Source: Nitrospirota bacterium
GTDB lineage: Bacteria > Nitrospirota > UBA9217
NCBI GenBank assembly: GCA_963845065.1
Contig: CAWJQQ010000007.1
Coordinates: forward strand, 62,988-126,987
Direction: 5' to 3'
Length of the DNA stretch: 64,000 bases
Shown: positions 40,879-50,409 of the stretch, piece by piece
Layout of the letters: every line of letters starts with the position of its first letter
How positions within the stretch are numbered: the first letter of the stretch is position 1
Position numbers and translations under genes: made by a program
The notes under the pieces: generated by a model
What the model was told of the DNA's origin: nothing
What the model saw: only the letters and a program-made list of their open reading frames with translations
Database searches by the model: none

Positions 40879-42202
40879 CAGCGTTGTCCGGTTAGCAAAT
40901 TGCATTCAAAGGAGACAATAAAAAAGCATAACATTCTAATGTTCGGTCGCTATTAACTTGACATTTAGAAAAACGTGCACAGAAAAAATTTTCGTAAATA
41001 CCTTTAACTGCAAGGAGTTACGAAAATGCCCTATGTGCTCGATCCGAAGAACAAATCAGGCAAACGACCATCATTCAGCCTTCTGCTTCAACCGCTGGAA
41101 GCGCCGTTAAGCGACATCACGCTACTTAAGGCACGAGGAAACAGGCCGCTACAAATGGAATTTGAAGATCAGCTTCATGCGCTCATTTACTTTCACCTTG
41201 AGGAACACACTTCAGGTCGTCACCTGTTGCAAGTCCTCAAGGAAGATGATTTTGCCCGACAGACGATTGCGCCGAAATCCGGTATTAATAAAAGCAGTTT
41301 TTTCGAGGCCATTAATTCAAGAGGCCTTGATCAACTTATGGAATTATATTTGGCACTCCAAGCCAAAGCCACCAAGCTGCTTCCGACTGAATACGGCAAT
41401 CTCGGCGACCTTATCGCCGTTGATGGATCTTTGATAGATGCAGTCCTTTCCATGCACTGGGCCGATTATCGGGGCGGCTCAAAAAAAGCCAAGACGCATA
41501 TAGGCTTCGATATCAATCGTGGTATTCCGACGAAGATATTTTTGACCCACGGCAAAGGAGATGAACGCCCTTTTGTAAGCCAGATTATTTCTCCGGGTCA
41601 GACCAGTGTTCTGGATCGTTACTATCAGCGGCATAAGAGCTTCGATCAGTGGCAGATTGAGAGAAAATATTTTGTCTGCCGGATCAAAGAAAACACAACG
41701 ATTACTATTATCAAGGCCAATACCGTTAAGCCAGGAAGCATTGTTTTCTATGACGCCGTTGTCCTGCTCGGGACCAAAGGCGTGAATCAAACGGAAAAAG
41801 AACTCCGTGTAGTCGCCTATCGTGTCGCGAATAAAGAATACTGGGTTGCTACCGATCGGTACGATCTTTCAGCCGAGGAGGTAGCGCTGGTTTACAAGCT
41901 CCGATGGAACATAGAAACCTTCTTCGGCTGGTGGAAACGCCATTTGAAGGTCTATCACTTGATTGCAAGAAGCAAGCATGGTCTCATGGTCCAAATACTG
42001 GGAGGCCTCATCACCTACCTGCTTCTCGCTATTTATTGCCACGAACAGCACAATGAGAAAGTCAGTATAAAAAGGGTCAGAGAGCTACGCTGCAAAATCA
42101 AAAATGAATCTACTGAGTTTGAGAACGTGCCGCCTGACCGTGACTGCTATAAAATGTCCGGAGAAGGCATTCTCCATGCAAAAACGTAACCGGACATTAC
42201 TG
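40879..42202 (+). mobile_element. IS4-family insertion sequence with 9-bp target duplication
   Basis: IRs CAGCGTTGTCCGGTTA / TAACCGGACATTACTG; AATCATGAC duplicated at 40870-40878 and 42203-42211. Confidence 0.95.
41026..42189 (+). CDS. IS4-family DDE transposase, intact
   Basis: AVDGS, LDRYY, YREK-type signature YKLRWNIETFFGWWK. Confidence 0.95.
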   Translation: MPYVLDPKNKSGKRPSFSLLLQPLEAPLSDITLLKARGNRPLQMEFEDQLHALIYFHLEEHTSGRHLLQVLKEDDFARQTIAPKSGINKSSFFEAINSRGLDQLMELYLALQAKATKLLPTEYGNLGDLIAVDGSLIDAVLSMHWADYRGGSKKAKTHIGFDINRGIPTKIFLTHGKGDERPFVSQIISPGQTSVLDRYYQRHKSFDQWQIERKYFVCRIKENTTITIIKANTVKPGSIVFYDAVVLLGTKGVNQTEKELRVVAYRVANKEYWVATDRYDLSAEEVALVYKLRWNIETFFGWWKRHLKVYHLIARSKHGLMVQILGGLITYLLLAIYCHEQHNEKVSIKRVRELRCKIKNESTEFENVPPDRDCYKMSGEGILHAKT

Positions 42203-42749
42203 AATCATGACTACCTAAAAATATCCTTGTTCGGCATGAAATTTGATTGACACTAAGATAAAAATAAACGCATAATAATAAATCATATTCTTGTGACTAA
42301 ATAATCGCTTAAGATTATCTTTATTGTTCTTATCCGTTTTGTTTTATCTTTTTTTCATTAAACTCTTCGTGCGAAAGAGACAGTACGCGAGGTGCATGTG
42401 CACCATGTCTATGATAGAAATACAATAACGCTTCGCTTAATCAAGGGAAAAAGAACAAATCCGCCTCATAGGGAATGACGCTCCTGATATGGGGCAGCAC
42501 CGCCGTGGAAGAAGTGCCAAGGATAGCATGATCCAGATCATGAGACGTACGAACTGGACTGTCTACGATGAAACAGATGAAGGACAGCAAGATGACTATG
42601 GCGGGCTTCAAATCTACATCTGGACTAAATAATGTCCTTCTTAATGAGATGATGTTTCTTGACCGATTTTTTTCAAGTCCGCAAGCCCCTGGCTTTAGAC
42701 ATGGGGACAGGAGTTGCATTATACAGATTTATGCTGTATAATATGCCTT

Positions 42750-43151
42750 GTGGTTGATAAAATATATAAGTCCTATAACAATGTGGTTTACAGCTGTAAA
42801 TACCATGTCGTATGGTGTCCTAAATACCGGAAAAGCGTTCTAACGGAGGGTATTGTTGGGCGGTTGAAGGCAATCATACGGGATGTGGCTTCTAAGAGAA
42901 TGGCAGAGATCATCGAGATGGAGATACTGCCGGATCATGTGCATCTACTCGTAGAAGTTGGTCCACAGTACGGCATTCATCGATTGATCAAACAGATAAA
43001 GGGCAGGAGTTCAAAGCTTCTTCGCTCTGAGTTCAAGGTTCTTCGTACTCGGATCCCTACATTGTGGACCAATAGCTATTTTGTTTCTACCGTTGGCGGT
43101 GCGCCATTAGCTGTTATCAAACAATACATTGAAAACCAGAAGGAGGTTTAA
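42750..43151 (+). CDS. tnpA: Y1 HUH transposase TnpA, intact
   Basis: PDHVHLL, YIENQ; closely similar to 856-1260. Confidence 0.95.
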   Translation: MVDKIYKSYNNVVYSCKYHVVWCPKYRKSVLTEGIVGRLKAIIRDVASKRMAEIIEMEILPDHVHLLVEVGPQYGIHRLIKQIKGRSSKLLRSEFKVLRTRIPTLWTNSYFVSTVGGAPLAVIKQYIENQKEV

Positions 43152-43153
43152 TC

Positions 43154-44674
43154 ATGGCAAAGAACGCAACAACAGCATCATTTATCCATGAATTGCCTCT
43201 TCTGGCCAGCATATTCCAGGAGAAGGTGCTGCTTACACGCATGGACATGGCCCGACAGCTTTATAATGCCTGCCTTAGCGAATCACTTCGGAGATTGGAT
43301 CTAATGCGGGAATCCAGACAATATCAAGGTGCCCGTGCTATCCCCTATAAAGACAAGACAAAGCGTTCGGAATCGTTTAAAGCAGTAAATGAGAAATTCG
43401 GTTTCTCCGCATTCAGCCTTCACAAGTTCTCTGTTGACACTAAGAATGCCTGCCACATAGGAGAGCATCTGGATGTCCATACGGTCCAAAAGATCGCTTC
43501 CCGGGCGTTTGATGCTGTCCGGAAATATGCTTTCAGGAAAAGAGACAGGCCAAGGTTCAAAGGCAAACACCAACGTGTAAGCGTAGAGTCCAAAAGTAAC
43601 GCTGCAGGTATCCGGTTTAGGACAGACGGAAAACAAAGTCGTATAGAGTGGAGCGGTTTGAAACTTCCCTGTATATTCGACAAGAAGGACAAGCATGGCG
43701 TTCAGGCCCATGCCCTTTCCTGCCGCACGAAGTACGTGAGACTGGTCTGTAGGCGGATGCGCGACAAGAACTACTTCTATGCCCAGCTGGTACAAGAAGG
43801 GCAGCCGAAGCATAAGATCAAAAACAAAATATCCAAAGGCAAAGTTGGCATGGACATCGGGCCGTCAACCTACGCGCTTTGTAACTCAGACCATGCCGAT
43901 CTCCAATAGTTCTGCAAAGAACTTGGTCCGATAGAGAAGACAATCAAGCTTTTGCAACGGATGCTCGATAGGTCACGAAGGACATCAAATCCAGGGAATT
44001 ACAATGCTAACGGAACGGTAAGAAAAGGCGCAAAAGCCTGGGTCAAGTCTAAGAACTATCAGGCTGTCAAAACCGTATTATCCGAACTTTATCGGAGGCA
44101 GGCGGCACACAGGAAGTCGCTACATGGTAAACTCGCCAATGAGGTTTTGGCACTAGGAAACAACGTCAATCTGGAAACACTGAGCTACAAATCATTACAG
44201 CGTAATTTTGGTAAAAGTATAGGTTTAAGAGCTCCGGGAATGTTCGTTACGATGCTTACTCGCAAGGCTGAGAGTGCCGGCGGTAACGTGAACGAACTGC
44301 CTACTCAAAAACTCAAGCTTTCACAGACCTGCCACTGCGGGGAAGTAAAGAAGAAGCATCTCTCGCAGCGGCAGCATGTTTGTGAATGCGGAGTAGCGGC
44401 CCAAAGGGACCTCTATTCAGCATGCCTTGCATATCATGTTAAAGATGGAGTTCTCGATACAGCCGGGGCAGCAACGTCCTGGCCGGGTGCGGAACCGCTC
44501 CTTAAACAGGCGGTATCGAGATTGTTTCAACAATCTGCGATTGCGAGGAGTGCTTTTCCTCAAAGCTTCGGCCTTAAACAAAGAATTCGTTTAGACCAGA
44601 GACAGAGCGGATCGTCTGTGAAAGAAAGCCATACCAAAATCAATGTCCGGGAAGTTGTAACTGCGGGCAGTTAA
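43154..44674 (+). pseudogene. tnpB: TnpB with a single in-frame TAG at 43907-43909
   Basis: RuvC-I GMDIGP, RuvC-II NLETL, Zn ribbon, RuvC-III RDLYSA; the sister copy near 280 has CAG at this codon. Confidence 0.92.
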
Positions 44675-44800
44675 CGCTGTGAAAGGTTGTAGCGGCTGGC
44701 CCTTGCAGTCGTGAGAGCCCGGAAGAGAGAATGGATAAGGTTTTCAGAACCCCCTGGCTTCAGCCATGGGGAGGTTCAGGGATATGCCGCATTATCTCCA
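44490..44800 (+). ncRNA. Putative TnpB omegaRNA (reRNA) scaffold plus guide
   Basis: Segment conserved among copies, overlapping the tnpB 3' end and right end; location expected from known TnpB biology. 5' boundary uncertain. Confidence 0.6.
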
Positions 44801-45134
44801 ACCCAATAATCAAGGACCTTGCGTCTTAGCTCAGCATAAAAATGTTAAACAGGCCACGGCTACGCCGATGGCCTCGGTGGATTATGGGACTTCCGATCCT
44901 CTAATGAGCACTCGCCAAGGATGATGTTCATCGCCGTGGCACTCCGGGGTTGAATCTGCCATGATTTTCTAAACATTCTGACAGCTCCAGTTAAGTAGCG
45001 GAGAGAGATCGCAATGAGCAAAAATGCATTTGGAATTGCATAGATTGAAGACAAGTCCATCTGAATTGCGAATTGAACACTCTCGGAAGGATTAGAAGAG
45101 ATTTGAAATGACATTATTTATCATGGGGGTGAAC

Positions 45135-45512
45135 ATGAAGCGTTTCTACACTGCTGTTATCATTATCTTATTCGGATCAATGGTCTTCTGCGCTCTACCG
45201 GGTACATCAAATGAAAACAAGCCTATTCGCCACTGGTACAGGCTAGAAATCCAGACAGGCGATACGACCTACCAGTGTCTTGGAAGCTCTGCTCTGGATG
45301 AAGAGGAGTTTGCAAAGCAGCTTTCAGGTAATGGCTACATCGTGCTTGATGATGTGGCCTATCTTGATAGCTCAGGTAAGATCAGAGGCTGGCAGGAATG
45401 GGACCCGAAATCTATTCCTAGGCTTTATGTGAATCCCGACTATGTCATTTTGTTTAATCCCATGAAGGATGATCCAAGAAAGTCCTCTTATTCGGGTGCA
45501 GCACAAAAATGA
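45135..45512 (+). CDS. Hypothetical exported protein
   Basis: GGGGG RBS, signal-peptide-like N-terminus; no family recognised. Confidence 0.7.
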   Translation: MKRFYTAVIIILFGSMVFCALPGTSNENKPIRHWYRLEIQTGDTTYQCLGSSALDEEEFAKQLSGNGYIVLDDVAYLDSSGKIRGWQEWDPKSIPRLYVNPDYVILFNPMKDDPRKSSYSGAAQK

Positions 45513-45709
45513 TTGAAACCAAGGATGATGAAGCAGGCCGATCAACTCAAACGAAACATTAAAAATCAAGCAAGGTTCAGATCCATCCCGCGGTTCTGCT
45601 CGGAATACGGTGTGTTTTGATCATTTTTGACATAACGACCAAATGCCCGAACACAATTTGGATCGTGCAGATGTCGTAGTTCTCCTGCAGCGGGCGGGCA
45701 TCAAAGCTA

Positions 45710-46357
45710 TTATCTTCTCCTCTCCCCTTGTATTTTATCCACGAGACCGACAATCATCTGCACTGCCGCTTCAAAACCTGTTGTAGCCGAATTGATGCAT
45801 AGGTGATAATTTCTCGCATCGTACCGGTCGGTGTTGGTCATGGCCTTTAAGAATTTTATTCTCCGATGGTCAGAATCCTCTATCTCTTCCCGTGCTTGTT
45901 TCTCCGAAACATCGTGAAATTTCTGAAACCGCTTGATGCGAAAATCAATGGGCGCATGAATGAGCACATTCAATACGTTCGGCCGACCGCGAAGCATGAA
46001 ATATCCACCACGGCCGATAATGACAGCAGAATACCGGTCTGCAATTGCTCTGATAATTTTGGATTCCGTTTCAAAGAGCTCCTGATCATAAATAGGTCGC
46101 CGGGATGGAGGGACATAGGCCGCCTCGGGTGTGCCGAAGACAAAGCTTTTTATGAGATTTTCAACAAAACTCGTGTGGTGTTCGTCGAGTTTGGAAAGCT
46201 GAGAAATATCGACATCGAGATCCTTGGCCGCGTTGTACAAGATTTCTCGATCAACGAATTTGTAACCAAGTTTTCTAGCAAGCAGATGGCCGATATAAGC
46301 GCCGCCGCTCGACATTTGTCGTGAAATGGTTATGACAATTTCTCGTTTTTCTTGCAT
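45710..46357 (-). CDS. Cytidylate kinase-like family protein
   Basis: ITISRQMSSGG..IG..LA.KLG, VIIGRGG, IHAPIDFRI, YHLCINS. Confidence 0.88.
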   Translation of the reverse strand: MQEKREIVITISRQMSSGGAYIGHLLARKLGYKFVDREILYNAAKDLDVDISQLSKLDEHHTSFVENLIKSFVFGTPEAAYVPPSRRPIYDQELFETESKIIRAIADRYSAVIIGRGGYFMLRGRPNVLNVLIHAPIDFRIKRFQKFHDVSEKQAREEIEDSDHRRIKFLKAMTNTDRYDARNYHLCINSATTGFEAAVQMIVGLVDKIQGERRR

Positions 46358-46409
46358 GAAGCCCTCCTAGTAAACGCAGGCTTAAATAAAAGATGTTTTG
46401 CACAGTGAC

Positions 46410-46577
46410 GTCTCGCGCGAGCAACGAAGGTAAGTAAAAGCGCAGATCGGAGACAGAGCAGCTCGCCCGTCAAAGACGGATCAACGACAGTCGATGCTGG
46501 CAATGTTTGCGTTGTTGCCAGAGAGACTGTCGGTATTGCCGTCAGACCCCCTAGTTTTAACTATGGGGAGTGGTCAG
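46410..46577 (+). mobile_element. Orphan omegaRNA-region and right-end remnant with no coding sequence
   Basis: GATCGGAGACAGAG..GGATCAAC..GGTATTGCCGTCAGACCCCC-hairpin-TCAG, homologous to the minus strand of 32440-32600. Confidence 0.7.
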
Positions 46578-46647
46578 CAAGAAGAACATTCCTGATTTTT
46601 TTTACTTCTGCTCCAAGGCGAGAAACACCCGTATGTTTTAAAAGACG

Positions 46648-48201
46648 CTACTCTGCAATTATCTCTTCGACGCCCTCCCTTTTTTTATTTGACTTCAGTA
46701 AGAAGATAAAGGGCATTGAAATGATGAATAGTGTGGTGGCAAGTAAAAACATGTGATTATAGGCCAGCATGCCGGCTTGGCGAGATAACTCTCCGTCCAA
46801 AAGGGTTAACGCCATTTGTTTGCTCGTTGAAGCATCTGCCCCCTGTCCCTGCATACCGCCTGACACGCTCTGGATCCAGCCTAGAGCTACATTACTGTAA
46901 TCAGTAACTTTTTCGGCGAGGAGAGCATGGTACGTGGTCATGGATTTTGTAAGCTGCGACGCCGCCATGGCTATGCCGATGCTGCCGAATACCTGGCGTA
47001 CGACGTTGTACAACCCGGCAGCAGCCGTCAGAGTATGCTTTTCTACAGTAGAAAGAGCAGCGGTACTGAGCGCTACGAAAATCAAGCCGAACCCTGCGCC
47101 TTGCAGCATTTGTGGGTAAAAGATATCGCTAAATCCAATAGAGAGTGACAAACGCGACAATTGATAAAAGGATACTGCCGTCACGATGAGCCCGCTCCCG
47201 ATAAGGACCCGTGGGCCTAACCTGTTATACAGCTTTCCGCCAACCGGCATGGCAATCGCCATGGCGAGACTCCTCGGCATTTGAATGAGACCCGAATCCA
47301 GCGCTGGATACCCTAGGAGCTGCTGCAGGAACATGGGTAGAAGAAAGAGGCTGCCCATAAGCCCCATGCCGAGAAACCCACCGATGAGCGATCCTGACGC
47401 GAAATTCACATCCTTTAGTATCCTGAGATCAACCGACGGTCTTTCGCATGTCAGTTCGCGCCAAATGAAAAGGATAATTCCGGCTATTGAAGCGATCAAA
47501 AGGTAGCGGATCATATGAGATTCGAACCAAGCTTCTTGCTCGCCTTTTTCGAGCATGATCTGGAGCGCACCGAGCCCGACAGTCATGAATCCGAGGCCAA
47601 GCAGATCGATCTTGCCTTTTTGCCGCACCAGAAAGGTAGGGTCCTTGATGAATCGCATGACCATCAGTACGTTGATGATCCCGATCGGTACGTTTATGTA
47701 GAATATCCAGGGCCATGAATAATGGTCGGTGAGCCATCCGCCTATGGTCGGGCCGAAAGCAGGTCCTAAGACAACGCCGAAGCCGTAGAGCCCCATTGCC
47801 ATACCTTGCTCTTCCTTCGGGAAGGTTTCACGCAGGATTGCCTGGGACACGGGGATTAGCACCCCCCCGCCCATACCCTGGATTATACGGAAAACTACCA
47901 TTGACGTTAGGTCCCATGCCATGCCGCAGAACATAGAGCTGACCGTAAAGCTGACGATACTTATCAGGTAAAATTTCTTTCTGCCATACCGTGCTGAGAG
48001 CATGCCCACGATCGGCATAATGATGACGGTCGAGAGTATATAGCCTGTGGCGACCCAGGTAATTTCCTCAAGGGTAGCGCTTAAGCTGCCGCGCATGTAC
48101 GGCAGCGCAACGTTCACGATGCTCGAATCGAGTGCGCTCATAATAGTACCGATCATCACGGTGATGGTGATGATCCATTTATCAGCTTTCAATGAGGCCA
48201 T
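46648..48201 (-). CDS. emrB: DHA2-family MFS efflux permease (EmrB/QacA)
   Basis: ALDSSIVNVALP, WVATGY, FRIIQGMGGG, GPAFGPTIGGWL..WPWIFYINVP. Confidence 0.93.
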   Translation of the reverse strand: MASLKADKWIITITVMIGTIMSALDSSIVNVALPYMRGSLSATLEEITWVATGYILSTVIIMPIVGMLSARYGRKKFYLISIVSFTVSSMFCGMAWDLTSMVVFRIIQGMGGGVLIPVSQAILRETFPKEEQGMAMGLYGFGVVLGPAFGPTIGGWLTDHYSWPWIFYINVPIGIINVLMVMRFIKDPTFLVRQKGKIDLLGLGFMTVGLGALQIMLEKGEQEAWFESHMIRYLLIASIAGIILFIWRELTCERPSVDLRILKDVNFASGSLIGGFLGMGLMGSLFLLPMFLQQLLGYPALDSGLIQMPRSLAMAIAMPVGGKLYNRLGPRVLIGSGLIVTAVSFYQLSRLSLSIGFSDIFYPQMLQGAGFGLIFVALSTAALSTVEKHTLTAAAGLYNVVRQVFGSIGIAMAASQLTKSMTTYHALLAEKVTDYSNVALGWIQSVSGGMQGQGADASTSKQMALTLLDGELSRQAGMLAYNHMFLLATTLFIISMPFIFLLKSNKKREGVEEIIAE

Positions 48202-48234
48202 AAGCACTTCCCGCAAAAACGATAGACAGGATTA

Positions 48235-49320
48235 TTATCGGGCATTGTCGGATGTTTCTACAGAGGGGTAGACCGAGAGTCCAGGCCACAGGGGACAGAC
48301 GGGATCGGGCTTAGAATCTATAAGGATCTTTACAGGTACGCGCTGAACGACCTTTACGAAGTTGCCAGTTGCATTCTGGGGAGGAAGAAGGCTGAAAACC
48401 GCACCTGTGCCAGGTTGAAAGCTGTCGATATGGCCCTTGAAGATCACACCAGGGTATGCATCAATGATAATGTCCACCGACTGTCCTGGCTTCATGTGCG
48501 AGATTTGAGTTTCTTTATAATTTGCTACGATCCAGAGGTTGCTCTCATCTACGATAGAGAATAGAGGCTGGCCTTGCTGGACGTACTTTCCAACATCCAC
48601 GTTTTTCTTAGCTATCCTGCCTGAAATGGGCGCAGTTACTACAGTCCTCTTGAAATCGAGATTCGCAAGATCGGCAGATGCCTCTGCTTCTTTAATCTTG
48701 AATGTCTGGGTCGTTAGCTGGTCATTCAAGGCCTCGATTGAAGCCTCGGTTTCGGCCACTGAGTCTCTTGCCGCTTCCTTGCGCGCAGATGAGGCCTTGA
48801 ATCGCGCCTCGGCTTGGTCGTACTGGCTCTGAGAAATGACCCCTTTTTTAAGCAGTTCCATGGCACGCTGAAAGTCCTTTTCAGCAAGGGCTGTATCAGA
48901 ACTGACTGCATCCATGTCGGCACGGACCCGTGCCAGTCCCATTGTCTTCACTTTGATGGCCGCCTGTAGTTCCTGTTTTTCAGAGGAAAGACGGGCAAGA
49001 GAACTTTGCTTAGTCTGGACAACACGCAAAAAATCCTCCTGGAACAGCTCGAGCAGAGCATCCCCCTGTTTCACATACTGGTTGTCGTCGACCAGGACCT
49101 TGATTACTTGTCCTTTGACTTCAGAACTAATAGGCACGACAATACCGTCAATGAATGCATCATCAGTGCTTTCATGGGTCATAGCATAAGATATTTTATG
49201 AAAAGCATATAATGCACAAATTGCAAGAGCGATAATGACGGCAGTACGGATTCCCCATGTTCTCGCCCATGCCTGATACCCAGGCCCAGACTCATTTTCG
49301 GTAATAATACGTTCTTCCAT
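48235..49320 (-). CDS. emrA: EmrA/HlyD membrane fusion protein
   Basis: STDDAF, ANYKETQ, FSLLPPQNATGNFVKVVQRVPV. Confidence 0.94.
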   Translation of the reverse strand: MEERIITENESGPGYQAWARTWGIRTAVIIALAICALYAFHKISYAMTHESTDDAFIDGIVVPISSEVKGQVIKVLVDDNQYVKQGDALLELFQEDFLRVVQTKQSSLARLSSEKQELQAAIKVKTMGLARVRADMDAVSSDTALAEKDFQRAMELLKKGVISQSQYDQAEARFKASSARKEAARDSVAETEASIEALNDQLTTQTFKIKEAEASADLANLDFKRTVVTAPISGRIAKKNVDVGKYVQQGQPLFSIVDESNLWIVANYKETQISHMKPGQSVDIIIDAYPGVIFKGHIDSFQPGTGAVFSLLPPQNATGNFVKVVQRVPVKILIDSKPDPVCPLWPGLSVYPSVETSDNAR

Positions 49321-50052
49321 ATTAATGTTCGTGGCCTCCTACTTATGCATAATTCAGTGGTTGTAACTTTACCAGCTCTATAAAGTAATCATGGCATTAT
49401 TAAAAGAATAAGAATTTACCCTTTTCGAAGTAGATATATAAACATAGAAGAATACAAAATATAATAATTAAAATCATTCGACAAAGATTTTTTTTCATAA
49501 TAGTGTCCTCATAAACGCTAAAGCTTGTTGAGAATATTAAGCTCTCGATCATAAGAGCGGCCATTAGCTGCTCGGCAAGATCGTATGGTGAAGTTTTGCT
49601 TCTTTACATCGCTTTTCTCAAAGCCTCTTACATCGCATATTTACATAAAATGGAGGCCAATTATTTAACTGGGAAATAAGTTTACAATATAGTCATCAAG
49701 ATATTTTATGATCCTCTGGCTATCGGTTACGATATCAGGCATATGGGCAACAAGAATACCCGTGATGGAGATTCCTTATTAAGTTTTACGAAACGTTCCA
49801 TGATTTCGATTCTATTTTTGTCATTGTCATTGACCGTTGGCTTATTGACCAGGGTTACGGGTTCCTTGTTTACTAAGCGCCAATTAAATAGGCTACATAC
49901 TACCATTGAAGCCGCCTGAAACAGGTTCGGATTGTGATCTACCCTTTTTCGAGTCCGACGTGTGTGAGAACCACTATCGTCAGCTCGCGTTGTGTATCCC
50001 ATAGTATGCAGCATGGGGAGTTCGTCGTTCTAGAGGCGCGGCATCCGGGAGA

Positions 50053-50190
50053 GTGAATTACCCCGCAGCAGGGCTGCGGGGCATCAAAACCGATAGAACC
50101 TAAAACCAATCAGATTCTTGTCCTGACTTCGTCAGGATTGTTTTTTTTATCCCAGCAGTAGAACTGCTGGGTATTTGAAGGACAGGTTTT
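50053..50190 (-). mobile_element. IS200/IS605-derived MITE, 138 bp
   Basis: Minus strand TTTAT|..AATA-CCCAGCAG hairpin, internal hairpin, GATG-CCCCGCAGC hairpin ending TCAC. Confidence 0.78.
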
Positions 50191-50409
50191 ATAAATTAAA
50201 TCCCCAGAATGCGAAGCTTACACCCTTTCTGGGTCTTGGTGAGTTCGCCGTGAGAAAGTAATAGGACGATCAGTTTGGCATGCCTATTAAATGATCTGTC
50301 AACCATATTGTTTAAAGGCCTTTCTTTTTTTGTTTAAGTCGTGGTTAGCACAACATCTCGCTTACGACCATCTCCCGCAATAGTCTTACCTAGTATTTTA
50401 TCTGTCGTG

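Larger units (their letters stand above)
42664..44779 (+). mobile_element. Full-length IS605-group element (tnpA-tnpB)
   Basis: Target TTGAC 42659-42663, left hairpin, right hairpin ending TCAG, no target duplication. Confidence 0.95.
42330..44895 (+). pseudogene. Thermonuclease (SNase-like) pseudogene split by the IS605 element
   Basis: Fragments VHHVYDRNTITL, EQIRLIGNDAPDMGQ, DDYGGLQIYIW, then LLNEMMFLD|GYAAL joining across the element. Outer ends approximate. Confidence 0.7.

Noticed and set aside
44654..44717. Mini CRISPR array next to TnpB
   Set aside because: Only two abutting imperfect units with no spacer; no array or cas genes seen in the window.
50200..50285. Fluoride or other riboswitch
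   Set aside because: Only a partial GAGTTCGCC match; the remaining consensus and the expected downstream gene are absent.
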